From: Squalus acanthias
Taxonomy: Eukaryota
Direction of reading: 5' to 3'
Length of the DNA stretch: 64,000 nucleotides
NCBI GenBank assembly: GCA_030390025.1
Contig: CM059431.1
Coordinates: forward strand, 156,862,001 to 156,926,000
Shown here: one piece after another, positions 39,100-51,372 of the stretch
How positions within the stretch are numbered: the first letter of the stretch is position 1
Layout of the letters: every line of letters starts with the position of its first letter
The notes under the pieces: generated by a model
Seen by the model: the letters and a program-made list of their open reading frames with translations, nothing else
Database searches by the model: none
What the model was told of the DNA's origin: nothing
Translations under genes and position numbers: made by a program

Positions 39100-39450
39100 A
39101 GCAGCCGTTCTGTCAGGCCGTGTGCTGAATGGAGCCGAGACCCTCAGTCACAGAGCGCGGCCCATTTAACAAGGGGAACATTCCTGTTTCTTACCTTAAC
39201 TCACACACCGGCCCGCCACGCCCGAACACAGCAAACCCCGCCCACTGAACATCCCCGGATTCACACCAGCTTGCAAGAGTGCACGCGTTCTCTGTCAGCA
39301 CTGCGCCTGCGTGAGCGATAAAGGCTGCTGTGTCAGCAATGCGCCTGTGAAAGCTCAAGGACGATCTGCAAACATCGCGCCTAAGCCTGAGTTCCTGTTT
39401 CACCTCCATGTATAAAAGCTCCGAAACTGCTTCAGTCTTCCCATACCTAG
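39100..39450. promoter_or_regulatory. CpG-rich promoter-like segment (paralogue 50095-50455)
   Basis: GC-box-like CCCGCC motifs at 39210-39245, TATAAAAG at 39411-39418 on +, and a minus-strand donor |GTAAGA at 39195; all retained in the paralogue. Confidence 0.4.
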
Positions 39451-39579
39451 ATTGACAATCGTCTTTTTTCTCAAATGCAATATTCCCCTAGAGTATAAAC
39501 TGATTTGGTGCAAGAATGGGACAACATGAATACGCACAGAAGATTGTGAGAAACATACAACATTAGTATAAAGGGTACT

Positions 39580-39922
39580 TCAGAAATAGGAGGGATCTGA
39601 GCGGGGAATTGTGAGGCAGACTGAGTTGGGTTTAGAGTGGATGTGCGCCAATGCCCGGAGAGTGGTAGATGAGCTGCAGGCTCAAATAGTTACATGGGAT
39701 TTTGATACAGTGCCCATTACGGAGACTTGGCTCAGACAAGGTGATCTGGAACGCACTACCTGAATGACTGGCGTAAGCAGATTCCATAGGAACTTTCTAA
39801 AGGCAACTGGTCCTTTGTTTGAAGATGACTGATTTGCAGCGTTATGGGGATAAAGCTGGGATGTGAGTCTTTCAAAGAGTTCGACGGGCCGAATGGCTTG
39901 ATTTTATAATTTTAAGGATTCA
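39580..39922 (+). mobile_element. Internally deleted CR1 (APE start fused to 3' end); paralogue 50600-50945
   Basis: MCANARRVVDELQAQIVTWDFDTVPITETWL joined directly to IWNALPE-type 3' coding sequence and a degenerate tail. Confidence 0.8.
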
Positions 39923-40032
39923 ACGAGTTGACAGTAACTCCCCTCGACAATAAGGCGACATTCGACTCGGTTTGGCAACAGAAGCCCGAGCATTCTGAGG
40001 TCAATGTGGATCAAAGTGAAAAGTTCCCGTAG
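39904..40032 (-). pseudogene. Candidate terminal exon LRELFTLIHIDLRMLGLLLPNRVECRLIVEGSYCQLVESLKL* (paralogue 51390-51518)
   Basis: Acceptor tgtttccag| and a phase-0 frame open for 42 codons in both copies while the other two frames stop early; the last few codons come from the adjacent CR1 tail. Confidence 0.35.
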
Positions 40033-40370
40033 CTGGAAACAATGGATTACTGTGATAGTTGGCGATTGTGTTGTACGGTGATAGGTCTCGAATTCTTACA
40101 TTTTGTTTGTAAGCGTGTGATAAACGAGATATATGTTTCAAGAATATGTCCAACAGCAGAATGTTAGCGTGTGAGATTCCATTTGGAAGGATTTTTTTTA
40201 GTAACGCTGCCACAAGTAGTTAATCTGTAAAATTAACCGTAACCTCTGACCAGATCCATTATTAGTATCTCAGCTTTTCAATATTATTGAACCAATACAC
40301 AAAAAAGGCGGCGGGTCAGTTTGCTGCAATAAAACACTATAATGGTGCTCAGTATATTCAGGCTCCTTAC

Positions 40371-40450
40371 CTTGTGCTGCGACTCCAGATTCTGGTTCCA
40401 CAGAGTCTGGGTAAGTTTGCGTTGTGTGTTCTGCAGGTTAATGACACACC
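40371..40450 (-). pseudogene. Candidate internal exon, copy 1 (80 nt, 1-bp deletion)
   Basis: tctttacccag|GGT...CACAAG|gtaagg splice signals conserved in three paralogues. Confidence 0.45.
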
Positions 40451-42227
40451 CTGGGTAAAGATCAATTACACATCACAGTCAGAAACAAGAACTTCACCCT
40501 GATCAAAACAATCCCTCCCCGCCCTGTTCTCTAGTGCAGGACTCGATCTGAAATCCACACGATCGCATTCAGTTTGCAAAGTTCAGAGAAATTATTGGCC
40601 TTTTCACCAAATCATTAATTCTGTGTGTGGTAACAATGATTAAATCCCACCCCCAGCTCTCCCATCTCTGGTTCTGAAGACCCCGCAGTGAAACCATGTC
40701 CTGTAACCGGAATCAGTTTCCTTTCGATTTCATTGCTCACCATAAAACCTGTTTATTGTCGGACTATAACGGGCGCAGATAGCAAGGGACAAAGATCGCT
40801 GTTAGGTTATTGGGATCAAATATCAGAGGGAAGGGCCCAGTGAACTCTCTGAGTTGAAATGTTCATGATTGGAGTTATATTCGCTTTATATCATTAGCTT
40901 TTTCTTTGTCTGGATTCTAACTCTGTACAAATGAACGATAGTCGTATCCCGGCTCGATTCCTCTCGGTACTGAGACTTTGATGATAATAATCTGACCTGG
41001 ATCTCCGTGAATATGTACAAATCCCGACTCCAGGCTGGTTAATGGATATTGTCCAATGATACTCATTCATTAGCAACAGTGCATTGATTATAAAATTCGG
41101 GACATTTTCTCCAGTGAATGAGTAACAGTCTCGGCCTTGATCAGCATGTTCACACCCATGAATATCAGGCTCCGGGTTTCATTACTGGAACTGAATCAGC
41201 AAATGCGTGCGGCAAACAAGTGAAACGTTTGCTTTACTAGCCTGTTAACTTATGTTGGTGGTGCTTTCATTTCACCTTTTCATTTAATGTTTCTTTTAAC
41301 AGTTTGCCAGCGGATTTAATTTATTGTGGGTCTGAAAAATTCTGACTGTTAAATTCATGTACAGATTAGCATTTGTTTTAATGTAATTATTAAAAGTTTA
41401 TGCTACCCTTTGTGATTCCTCCGTATCACATTTCCCTTCCTGTTCCTCTGTGCTGACGCTCCCAATCTGTTTAAGACTCGCCCTGCTTTATGTCTGAAAT
41501 CAATTTCATTTACCTGTCTACTTCCACCACCAGTTTTGTACTTGGCACATAATGATTACTTCCCTCCCCCACCGGTTCCATATTTGTTTCATTTCCATCA
41601 GCTCTATGTCGGATTGTTTCGTAACTTCCCTTTTCCAGATGCACTTTCCAGCCCAACTGTTCCATGACTGAATGTCCCCTGCATCTATAAGCGCTTTCTG
41701 TTCTACAACCTTCCTCCAACATAAATCACCCAAAAGCTTTTATTCCTTCCCCAAGCTACTGCAATGCAAGTTCACCGTTGCCCTTTCTTTCCTCCTGCAG
41801 CCATTCGCAATCCAGTTCTTTTTCTGATTCTCATCTCCTTTCCTTTAAACTTGCCCCATGTCTGATTACCTTCCCTGCTCGCTCCCCATTCTGATGCATG
41901 TAAATCCCCATCCACCACAAAGTAAACATCAAAGTTATTCTAAACAATTCTGCGACACACTAATTACATGCATAATACAACATTACCTGCATAGCCCAAA
42001 CATATCCAGTTACGAACTTGAGATATGTTAAACTCCATGGTAAATATTCCAATTGTTTTATTTTCCCTATTTTGCAGTTGTACTAGATTCGGGCCTCATT
42101 CCAAGGTTCAATTAAGCCAATTTAATTATTCGCTTCTATTTCCCTATTGAATCCATAGTTCACATCTAGATTTCTTTAGTGATGGGCGTGTTGCACCTTC
42201 CATGCCAGCAAGGCATATATTGTGGGG

Positions 42228-42546
42228 GAACATAGCAACAAAGTTAGGTCAGTCAGCATTTGGCCAATGCTTTGCCATTGAGTAAGATCATGGCTGATCT
42301 GTACCCCAACTCCATTTACCCGGCATTAGATCAAATGCCTTGATATGCTACCCTAAAAAAGCCAGTATCCATCTCAGTCTTGAAATTCCAATTGTCCCAA
42401 CATCCGCAGACTGTTGGGGGAGTGCATTACAAATTTCCACCGTTTGAAAATGTAATTCCTAAATTGCCCAGATCTAATTTAAGATCATGCCTCCATGTTC
42501 CTGATATTCCATCAGAGGAAACAATTTCTCTGTCTCCATCCTATCG
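42228..42546 (-). mobile_element. Old CR1 3' end truncated at the duplication junction
   Basis: AAGATCATGGCTGATCT 3' motif; the paralogue starting at 53718 continues uninterrupted. Confidence 0.78.
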
Positions 42547-43554
42547 AACTAAATTTCCCCCTTCATTTCCCGACTGCTGCAATGATGTCAGCATTCCCTC
42601 TCCAAGAAAGATTTAAAAAGTGCAAACATGCAATGACTTAACCTTTTAATTTCGAACGATTGAAGAAAGGATGGCCTGAACAACACAAGTGTCATCATTT
42701 TAATTTTATTAATAGTTTAAAATGCGCATTTTGAATTGGCGCTTATCCAATGACATCAACTTGAACGAAAATAGAGCGTGATGTATAGCGGGCAGCCAAT
42801 TCGCTCCTGTACATTTAACACCATTGTCCGAAGTTACAATTATGCACAAGGAGTGAAATACATATTGAACAAGGGCACCAAACTGGTGGGAGTGGATCAG
42901 CTCTCAGTTATACACTCGTCCCAATTTCCTTTCTAGTGACAGGTTGGAAGGGAGTTGAAACACCGGAATTAAATGGAAAATAAAACAAGGTGAATTGTAT
43001 AACCAGTGGCCGATCTGCTACCGCCCATGTTTTTCCCGCATTTCAACCCCAATGCTTTTCTCAACACAGCGCCAACCATTGTCGTGGTACCAAATACGTG
43101 GAGAAAAGAAGGTCGCAGGCATCCAATCAGATCCCAATTTACATGCAATTTTCAAACTAATGCTTGTTGAGGTCAACTAACAACAACGTAAACGCTCATT
43201 ATTAAGATATTATCTGAAAGGCTCACTGGTGGAATTGCTGGAATGATGGGATAGATATTCTTCTTGTCATAATTCCTTGTCATAATCCCGTATCAGGCTA
43301 TTAGTTAAAATGCTACTAGTTTCCAAACTTAAATATGTCATTGAAAATTTTGAAGCAAAAAGTAGTTTAAAAAAATACCTTTTATTACGGTGCCCGATTG
43401 CTTTGGTTTATTTAAGGTTTTGCCTTGGCGATATGCAAAATGAAATTGAGTGGAACCGAGAAAGCATTCTTCAGATCAAGCACAATTTTCGGCGCCATTT
43501 ACGCTCGAATCGCCGGTTGTAACGAAAGCGTAAAATCTACCCAAGAATAGGCTT

Positions 43555-46500
43555 TCATTGAGCCGATCCTCACTGGGTTACAAACTGTCTGATCTCACTG
43601 GGCCATCCTCCCCGGGTTACACTCTCTCTGATCTCATTAGGTCCATTCTCCCCTGGTTACACACTGGCTGATCTCAGTGGGCCCATACTCCCTGGTTTAC
43701 ACACTGTCTGATCTCACTGGGTCCATCGTCCCGGGTTACACACTGTCTGAGCTCAATGGACTCATCCTCTCCGGTTGACGCTTTATGATCTCAATGGGTC
43801 CATCCTTCCCGGGGTTACCCACTGTGTTATCTCACTGGTCCCATCCTGCCGAGATACACACTGTATGATCTAACTTGACCCATCCACTCCGGATTTGACA
43901 CTGTCTGATCTTACAGGGCCCAACCTCCCCGGGATATACACTGTCCGATCTCACTGGGCCATTTTTCCTTTCTTACACATTGCCTGATCTCTCTGGGACC
44001 ATCCTCCCCGGGTTACGCACTTTCTGATTTCACTGAAAAATCCGCCCCGGGTTTAACACGTTCTGATCTCCCTGGGTCTACCCTCCCCGGGTTACACACA
44101 GTCTGAACTCACTGGTGCCAACCTTCCCCGGTTGAAAACAGCCTGATCTAACTGACACATCCTCCACGGGTGACACAATGCCTGATCTCACTGGGCTCAT
44201 CCTCCGGGGTTACACATTGTCTGAACACACTGAGTCCAACCTCTACGGATTACAAACTGTCTGATCTCACTTGGCTCATCCTCCACAGTTTACAGACTGT
44301 CTGATCTCACTGGGCCCATCCACACTGGTTACACGCATTCTGATCTCACTGGGTCCCTCCTCCCCGGTTTACACGCTGTCTGATCTCACTGGGTCCCTCC
44401 TCCCCGGGTTACACGCAGTCTGATCTTACTGGGTCCATCCTTCCCGGGGTTACACTCTGTCTGATCTCACTGGACCCATTCTCCCCAGGTTACATACTGT
44501 CCAATCTCACTGGGTCCATCCTGCACGGGTTACACACTTTCTGATTTCATTGTACCCATCCTCGCCGGGTTATACTCTGTCTGATCTCACTGAGCCCATC
44601 CTACCATTTGTTATACATTGTTTGGCCTCATTCACACCATCCTCCCCGGGTTACACACTGTCTTATCTCACTGGACCCATTCTCCCAGGGTTACAAAATG
44701 ATTGTTCTCTTTGGGCCCAACCTCCCGGGGTTAGGCACTGTCTGATCTCACTGGTTCCATCCTCTCCGGGCAACATATGTCTGATATCACGAGGCCCATC
44801 CTCCCCGGGTTACAGGCTTTCGGATCTCACTGGGTCCCTCCTCCCCGGGTTACACATTGTCTGATCTCACTGGGTTCATCCTTACCGGGGTTACACACTG
44901 TCTGATCACACTGGGCCCAACCTCCCCGGGTTACACACTGTCTGATCTCACTGGGTCCAACCTCCCCGGGTTACACACTGTCTGATCTCACTGGGTCCAC
45001 CCTGCCCGGGGTTACACACTGTCTGATCTCATTGGACTCATTCTCCCCAAGTTACATACTGTCCAATCTCACTGGGTCCATCCTTCCCGGGTTACACGCT
45101 TACTGATCTCACTGGCTCCATCCTACCCGGGTTACACACTTTCTGATTTCATTGTACCCATCCTCGCCAGTTGATAGGCTGTCCAATCTCACTGAGCCCA
45201 TCCGCCCCATTGTTATACATTGTTTGCCCTCATTTACCCTATCCTTCCCGGTTTACAGCTTGTCTGATCTCACTGGGCCCATTCTCCCCTCGCTTTAAAC
45301 TGTCTACTCTCACTGGACCTTTCCACCCCGGATTACACACTGTCTGATCTCACTGGACCCATCGTCCCCGGGTTACACACTGTCTGATCTCACTAGACCC
45401 ACCAGCATGGGTTTGCACATTGTCTGATCTCTCTGGGTCCATCATCCCCGGATTACACATAGTCTGATCTCAGTGTGCCCCTACTTTCCCTGTTACACAC
45501 TCTCTGCTCTCACTGGACCCATCCTCTACGTGTTATACACTGTCTGTTTTCATTGGACCCATCCTACCCCGGTTACAAGCTGTCAGATCTCACTGGCTCC
45601 AACCTGACCTGGTTACACTTTGTCTGATCCCTCTGGACACATCCACCCCGGATTATACACTGACTGATCTCACTGGGCACATCATCCCTTTTTTACAATT
45701 TGTCTATTTTCACTGGGACCATCCTCCCCGTGCTACACACTGCCTGATCTCAATGGGTCATCATCCCCGGGTTACAGGCTGTCGGTTCTCACTGGACCCA
45801 ACCTGCCGGGTTACAAACTGTTTGATCTCACTGTGTCCATCATCCCGAGGTTACACACAGACTGATCTCAGTGGGCCCCTCCTTCCCCGGTTACTCAATC
45901 TGCTCTCTCTGGACCCATCCTCTACCGGTTACAAACTGTCTGTTCTCGTTGGGCCCATCCTCCCCGGGTTACACGCTGTCAGATCGCAATGGCTCCAACC
46001 TGCCCTGGTTACTCAATGTCTGATCTCACTGGACTCATCCTCCCCGGATTGTACACTGTCTAATCTCACTGGGCACATCATCCCTTTGTTACAACTTGTC
46101 TGATTATCACTGAGACAATCCTCCCCGTGTTAAACACTCCCTGATCTCAATGGGTCATCATCCGCGGGTTACAGGCTGTCTGTTCTCACTGGGCCCAACC
46201 TGCCGGGTTACAAACTGTTTGATGACATTGGGTCCATCATCCCGAGCATACACACAGTCTGATCTCAGTGGGCCCCTCCTTCCCCGGTTACACAATCTGC
46301 TCTCTCTGGACCTATCCTCTACCGGTTACACACTGTCTGTTCTCGTTGGGCCCATCCTCCCGGGGTTACACGCTGTCAGATCTCACTGACTCCAACCTGC
46401 CCTGGTTACACAATATCTGATCTCACTGGGCCCATCCTCCCGGGGTTACACAATGTCTTATCTCACTGGGCCCATCCTCCTCGCGTTACACGCTGTCTGA

Positions 46501-49500
46501 TCTCACTGGGCACATACTCCCAGGGTTACACACCGTCTGCTCTCACTGGGCTCAGTATCTACGGATTACACACTTTCTGATCTCACTGGACCCGTCCTCC
46601 GCGGGTTATACACTCTCTGATCCCATTGGTGTCAATATCACTTTGTTACACATTGTCTGATCTCACTGTGCCCATCCTCCCGGGATCCACACTGTATTAT
46701 CTCACTGGGCCTCTCCTACCCGGGCTACACACTGTCTGCTCTCACTAGACTCATCCTCTACGGGTTTCTCACTGTCTGCTCTCACTGTGCTCATCCTCCC
46801 CGGATTACACACTGTCTGATTTCACTGCACCCATCCTCCCTGGGTTAAAGACTGTCTAATCTCACTGGGCCCACCCTCCCTGAGCCCACCCTCCACTTTG
46901 TTATACACTGTTCTGTATCATTCGCCCTATCCTCTCCGGTTTACACACTGTCTGATCTCAATGTACCCATACTCTGCGGCTTATACACTGTCTACTCTCA
47001 CTGGACCATTCTCACCGGGATACAAACTGTCTGATCTCACTGGACCCAGCCGCTACGGTTTACACACTGTGTGATCTCACTGGGCCTCTCCTCCACGGGT
47101 TACACACTGTATTATCTCCGTGGGCCTCTTCTCCCTGGGCTACAAACTGTCTGCTCTCACTAGACTCATCCTGCACGGGTTTCACACTGTCTGCTCTCAC
47201 TGTGCACGTCCTTCCCGGAATACACCCTGTCTGATCGCACTGGGCACATCCTCCCTTTGTTACACACTGTAAGATCTCCCTGGGAACATCATCCCCGGGT
47301 TGCACACTGTCTGATTTCACTGTACCCATCCTCCCCGAGTTATGTACCGTCTGATTTCACTGGGCCCATCCTCCCCGGGTTACACACTGATTACACTGGG
47401 ACAATTCTCCTCGTGTTACACACTGTCTGATCTCACTGGCCCCATCCTCCTAGGTTGACATTCTATGCGATCTCACTGGACAATTCTTCACCACTGCTCC
47501 CCGTGTTACTAATTGTCTGATCTCAGTGGGCGCATCCTCCTCGGATTACACACCGTCAGCTCTCAGTGGGCCCATCCTCCCCGATTTATACAATGTCTGA
47601 TCTCACAGTGCCAATCGTGACCCGGTTACACACTGTCAGATTTCAATGGGCCAGTAGTCCCTTAGTTACACATTGTCTGATCTCGCTGTGCAGAGCATTC
47701 ATGGTTTACACACTGTCTGTTCTTATTTTGCCCATCTTCCATGTGTTGCATATTGCCTGATCTCACTGGTCCCATCCTCCGGAGTTACACACATTCTGAT
47801 CTCAATGGACTCATCCTCACCGGATTACACACTGTTTGTTCCAACTGGGCACAACCTCCCCGGGTTACACACTTTCTGATCTCAGTGGGCACATCCTCGC
47901 TTTGTTACAACTTGTCTGTTTTCACAAGGGCCCGTATTCCCTGTGTTACACGCAGCCTGATCTCAGTGGGGCATCATCCCCGTGTTACTCACTGTGTATC
48001 GCACTGGATCAATCCTCCCCTTGAACATACTGTCTGCTCTCAATGGGCTCATCCTTCCCGGGTTACACGCTGTCTGCTCTCACTGGGCCCATCCTCCCCG
48101 GGTTACACACTGTCTGATCTCACTGGACCCATCCTCCCCGGGTTACTCGCTGTCTGATCGCAGTGGGCGCATCCTCCACGGGTTACACACTGTTTGATCT
48201 CACTGGGCCCTTCCTCCCCGATTTACACACTGTCTGATTTCACTGGACACATCCTCACCGGGCTACAAACTGTTTGCTCTCACTGGGCCCATCCTCCCCG
48301 GTTTAGCCACTGACAGATCTCACTTGGTCCAACCTGCCCTCGCTACACAATGTCTGGTCTCACTGGACACATCCTGCCCGGTTTACACACTTTCTTATCT
48401 CACTTGGCCCTTCCTCCACGGGTTACACACTGTCTGAGCTTAATGGGCTCATCCTCCCCGGGTTACACACTGTCTGATCATACTGGACCCACCCTCTACA
48501 GGTTACACGCTGTCTTATCTCACTAGGCCCAACTTAACGAGTTAAAAACTGTCTTATTTCACTGGGTGTAACATCCCCGGATTACACACTGTCTGATCTT
48601 ACTGGGCCCATCCTACCCGGTTTACAAAATGGGTGATCTCACTGGATCAATTCTCACCGGGACACACTGTCTGCGCTGACTGGTTCCATCCTTCCGGGAT
48701 TATAAGATATCAGATTTCACTGGGCCCATCCTCCCCGTATACATAATGTCAGATCTCACTGGGTTCATCGTCCCCGGGTTACATAATGTCTGATCTGACT
48801 GGACCAATCATCCACGGGTTACAGACTGCCTGATGTCACTGGGCCAATCCTCCCTTTATTGCAACGTGTCTGTTTTGACTGGGGACACCCTCACAGTCTT
48901 ACCCACTTTCTGTTTTCACTGGGCCCATACTCCCCGTGTTACAGACCTTCTGATCTCACTGGGCCCATCCTCTCCGGGTTACACACTGTCTGCTCTCACT
49001 GGGCCCATCATCTCCGGGTTACAAAATGTCTGCTGTCACTGGGCCCATTCTTCACGGATGACACACTGTCTGCTCTCACTGGGCCCATCCTCCCCGCGTT
49101 ACACAATGTCTGATCCCACTGGGCCCATCCTCCCCGGGTTACCCACTGTCTGATCTCAATGGACGCATCATCCCCGGGTTACACACTGTCTAATTTCACT
49201 GGGCCTATCCTCCCCGGGTTATCACTGTCTCATCACACTGGGCCCATTCTCCCCGGGTTACACGCTGTCTGAACTCACTGGGCCCATCCTCCCCGGGTTA
49301 CACACTGTCTGATCTAACTGAGCCCATCCTCCCCGGGTTACACACTGTCTAATCACATTGGGCACATCCTCCCCTGTTTACACAATGTCTGATCTCACTG
49401 GGCCCATCCTCCCCGGGTTACACAATGTCTGATCTCACTGAGCCCATCCTCCCCGGGTCGCACTCTGTCTGATCTCACGAGGCCCATCCTCCTCGGGTTA

Positions 49501-49635
49501 CACTCTGTCTGATCACTTTGGGACCAGCTTCCCCGGTTACACTCTGCCTCTTCTCACTGGGCCCATCCTCCCCTGCTTACACATTCTCTGATCTCATTCG
49601 GTCCATCACTGCTGGGTTATACTCTGTCTGATCTC
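43555..49635. repeat. 40-bp satellite array 2 (about 6.1 kb, roughly 150 monomers)
   Basis: Same monomer, orientation and flanks as array 1. Confidence 0.98.
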
Positions 49636-50945
49636 AACTCCAGGATGTCTGTTTAGTTTTGAAGGTTTCCCTCCCGGCAGCCTGAGACTTCCGCCTTGTC
49701 ACTCATGTAGACAGAAACGCGCAATTCTCACATCAAACTGCAGACTAACCCACGCCACTCTCCTTCCCCGTAGCATGCCCTGTATTCTGACTCGGTTCAG
49801 TCCATCCCCTGGTGTTTATATCCCTGACTATCCCGTGTAATATGACCCGTTTCAGTACATTCCCTGCGGTTAATATCACGGATCATGCCCTTTATTATGA
49901 TCCGGTTCAGTCCATTCACTGGGGTATTTATCCCGGACCATCCCCTGCATTCTGGCACAATTCAGTCCATTCTCTGGGGTTTTAATCCCGGACCATCCCC
50001 GAAATTATGAACCGCTCAATCGATTCCCTGGGGTTATTATCCCAGGCCAGCCTCTGTTCCAATTTAAATCCCTCCCTGTGCAATATAAACTCTGGGCGAA
50101 GTCGCCGCGCTGTCAGGCCGTGTGCTGAACGGAGACGAGTTCCCTCAGTCACATAACGCGGCCCCTTTAACAAGGGGAACGATCCTGTTTCTTACCGTCA
50201 CTCACACACCGGCCCGCCCCGCCCGGCACACAGCAAACCCCGCCCACTGGACATCCGCGGATTCACAGCAGCGTGCAAAAGTGCAAGCGTTCTCTGTCAG
50301 CACTGCTCCTGCTTGAGCAATAAAGGCTGCAGTGTCAGCACTGCACCTGTGAAAGCTCAAGGACGATCTGCCAACATCGCGCCTAAGCCTGATTTCCTGT
50401 TTCACCTCCATGTATAAAAGCTCCGATACTGCTTCAGTCTTCCCATACCTAGATTGACAAACGTCTTTTCTCAAATGCAATATTCCCCTAGAGTATAAAC
50501 TGATTTGGTGCAAGAATGAGACAACATGAATACGCATTAGAGAGGAGATGAGATGTGCACAGAAGATTGTGAGGAACAAACAACGTTAGTATACAGAGCA
50601 CTTCAGAAATAAGAGGGATCAGAGCGGGGAATTGTGACGCAGACTGAGTTGGGTTTAGATTTGATGTGCGACAATGCCCGGAGAGTTGTAGATGAGCTGC
50701 AGGCTCAAGTAGTTACATGGGATTATGATATAGTGCCCATAATGAAGAGGTGGCTCAGACAAGGTGATCTGGAACGCACTACTTGAAAGACTGGCGGAAG
50801 CAGATTACTTCGGAACTTTCTAAAGGCCACTGGTCCTTTGTTTGAAGATGACTGATTTGCAGCGTTATGGGGATAAAGCTGGGGTGTGAGTCTACATTGG
50901 ACAGCTATTTCACAGAGCACTTCGGGCCGAATGGCTTCCTTCAGC

Positions 50946-51372
50946 AACACGGGCAACACGGTGGCATAGTGGTTAGCACTGGTGGCTCACAGCGCCAGAG
51001 ACCCGGGTTCGAATCTGACCTCGGGTGACTGTCTGTGTGGAGTTTGCACATTTTCCCCGTGTCTGCGTGGGTTTCCTCCGGGTGCTCCGGTTTCCTCCCA
51101 CTGTCCAAAAATGTGCGGGTTAGGTTGATTTGGCTATGATAAATTGACCCTTAGTGTTAGGGGGGGATTAAATATGTGGGGTTATGGGGAAAGGATGGGA
51201 TATGTTAGGGGGAATTAAATACGTGGGGTTATGGGGGTCGGGTGGGATATGTGTACTGTGGGGATTAAAGCAGGGACAGGGTACTGGATTTGAATGATCA
51301 GCCATGAACGTATTTAATGGTGGTGCAGGCTCGACGGGCCGAATGGCCTACTCCTGCTCCTAGATTCTATGT
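50946..51372 (+). mobile_element. HE1-type tRNA-derived V-SINE with CR1-derived tail
   Basis: A box TGGCATAGTGG, B box GGTTCGAATC, V-SINE core GTGTCTGCGTGGGTTTCCTCCGGGTGCTCCGGTTTCCTCCCAC, CR1-type tail, possible TSD TTCAGC; absent from unit A. Confidence 0.93.

Larger units (their letters stand above)
16550..42546 (+). other. Segmental duplication unit A
   Basis: 16550-17270, 19000-19290, the satellite and 38570-42546 align collinearly with 42547-54036. Confidence 0.93.

Noticed and set aside
39191..39446. ORF ...DTAAFIAHAGAVLTENAC... with faint Wnt-like look
   Set aside because: The Wnt cysteine pattern is missing, the acceptor tract is purine-rich, and the paralogue has a frameshifting extra base near its end.
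40497..40800. Additional tiny minus-strand exons (40497-40546, 40650-40700, 40741-40798)
   Set aside because: The implied introns would be only about 40-47 nt in two cases, and copy 3 has a frame-breaking 11-nt deletion.
19274..49635. Dozens of ORFs such as LSDLTGPILPGLHTV in the 40-bp arrays
   Set aside because: They are translations of a 40-bp monomer cycling through three frames, and they end wherever the TGA in CTGATC falls in frame.
50950..51025. tRNA gene
   Set aside because: It is the tRNA-derived head of the HE1 SINE, directly followed by the V-SINE core; the same applies to the DeuSINE head at about 17710-17780.
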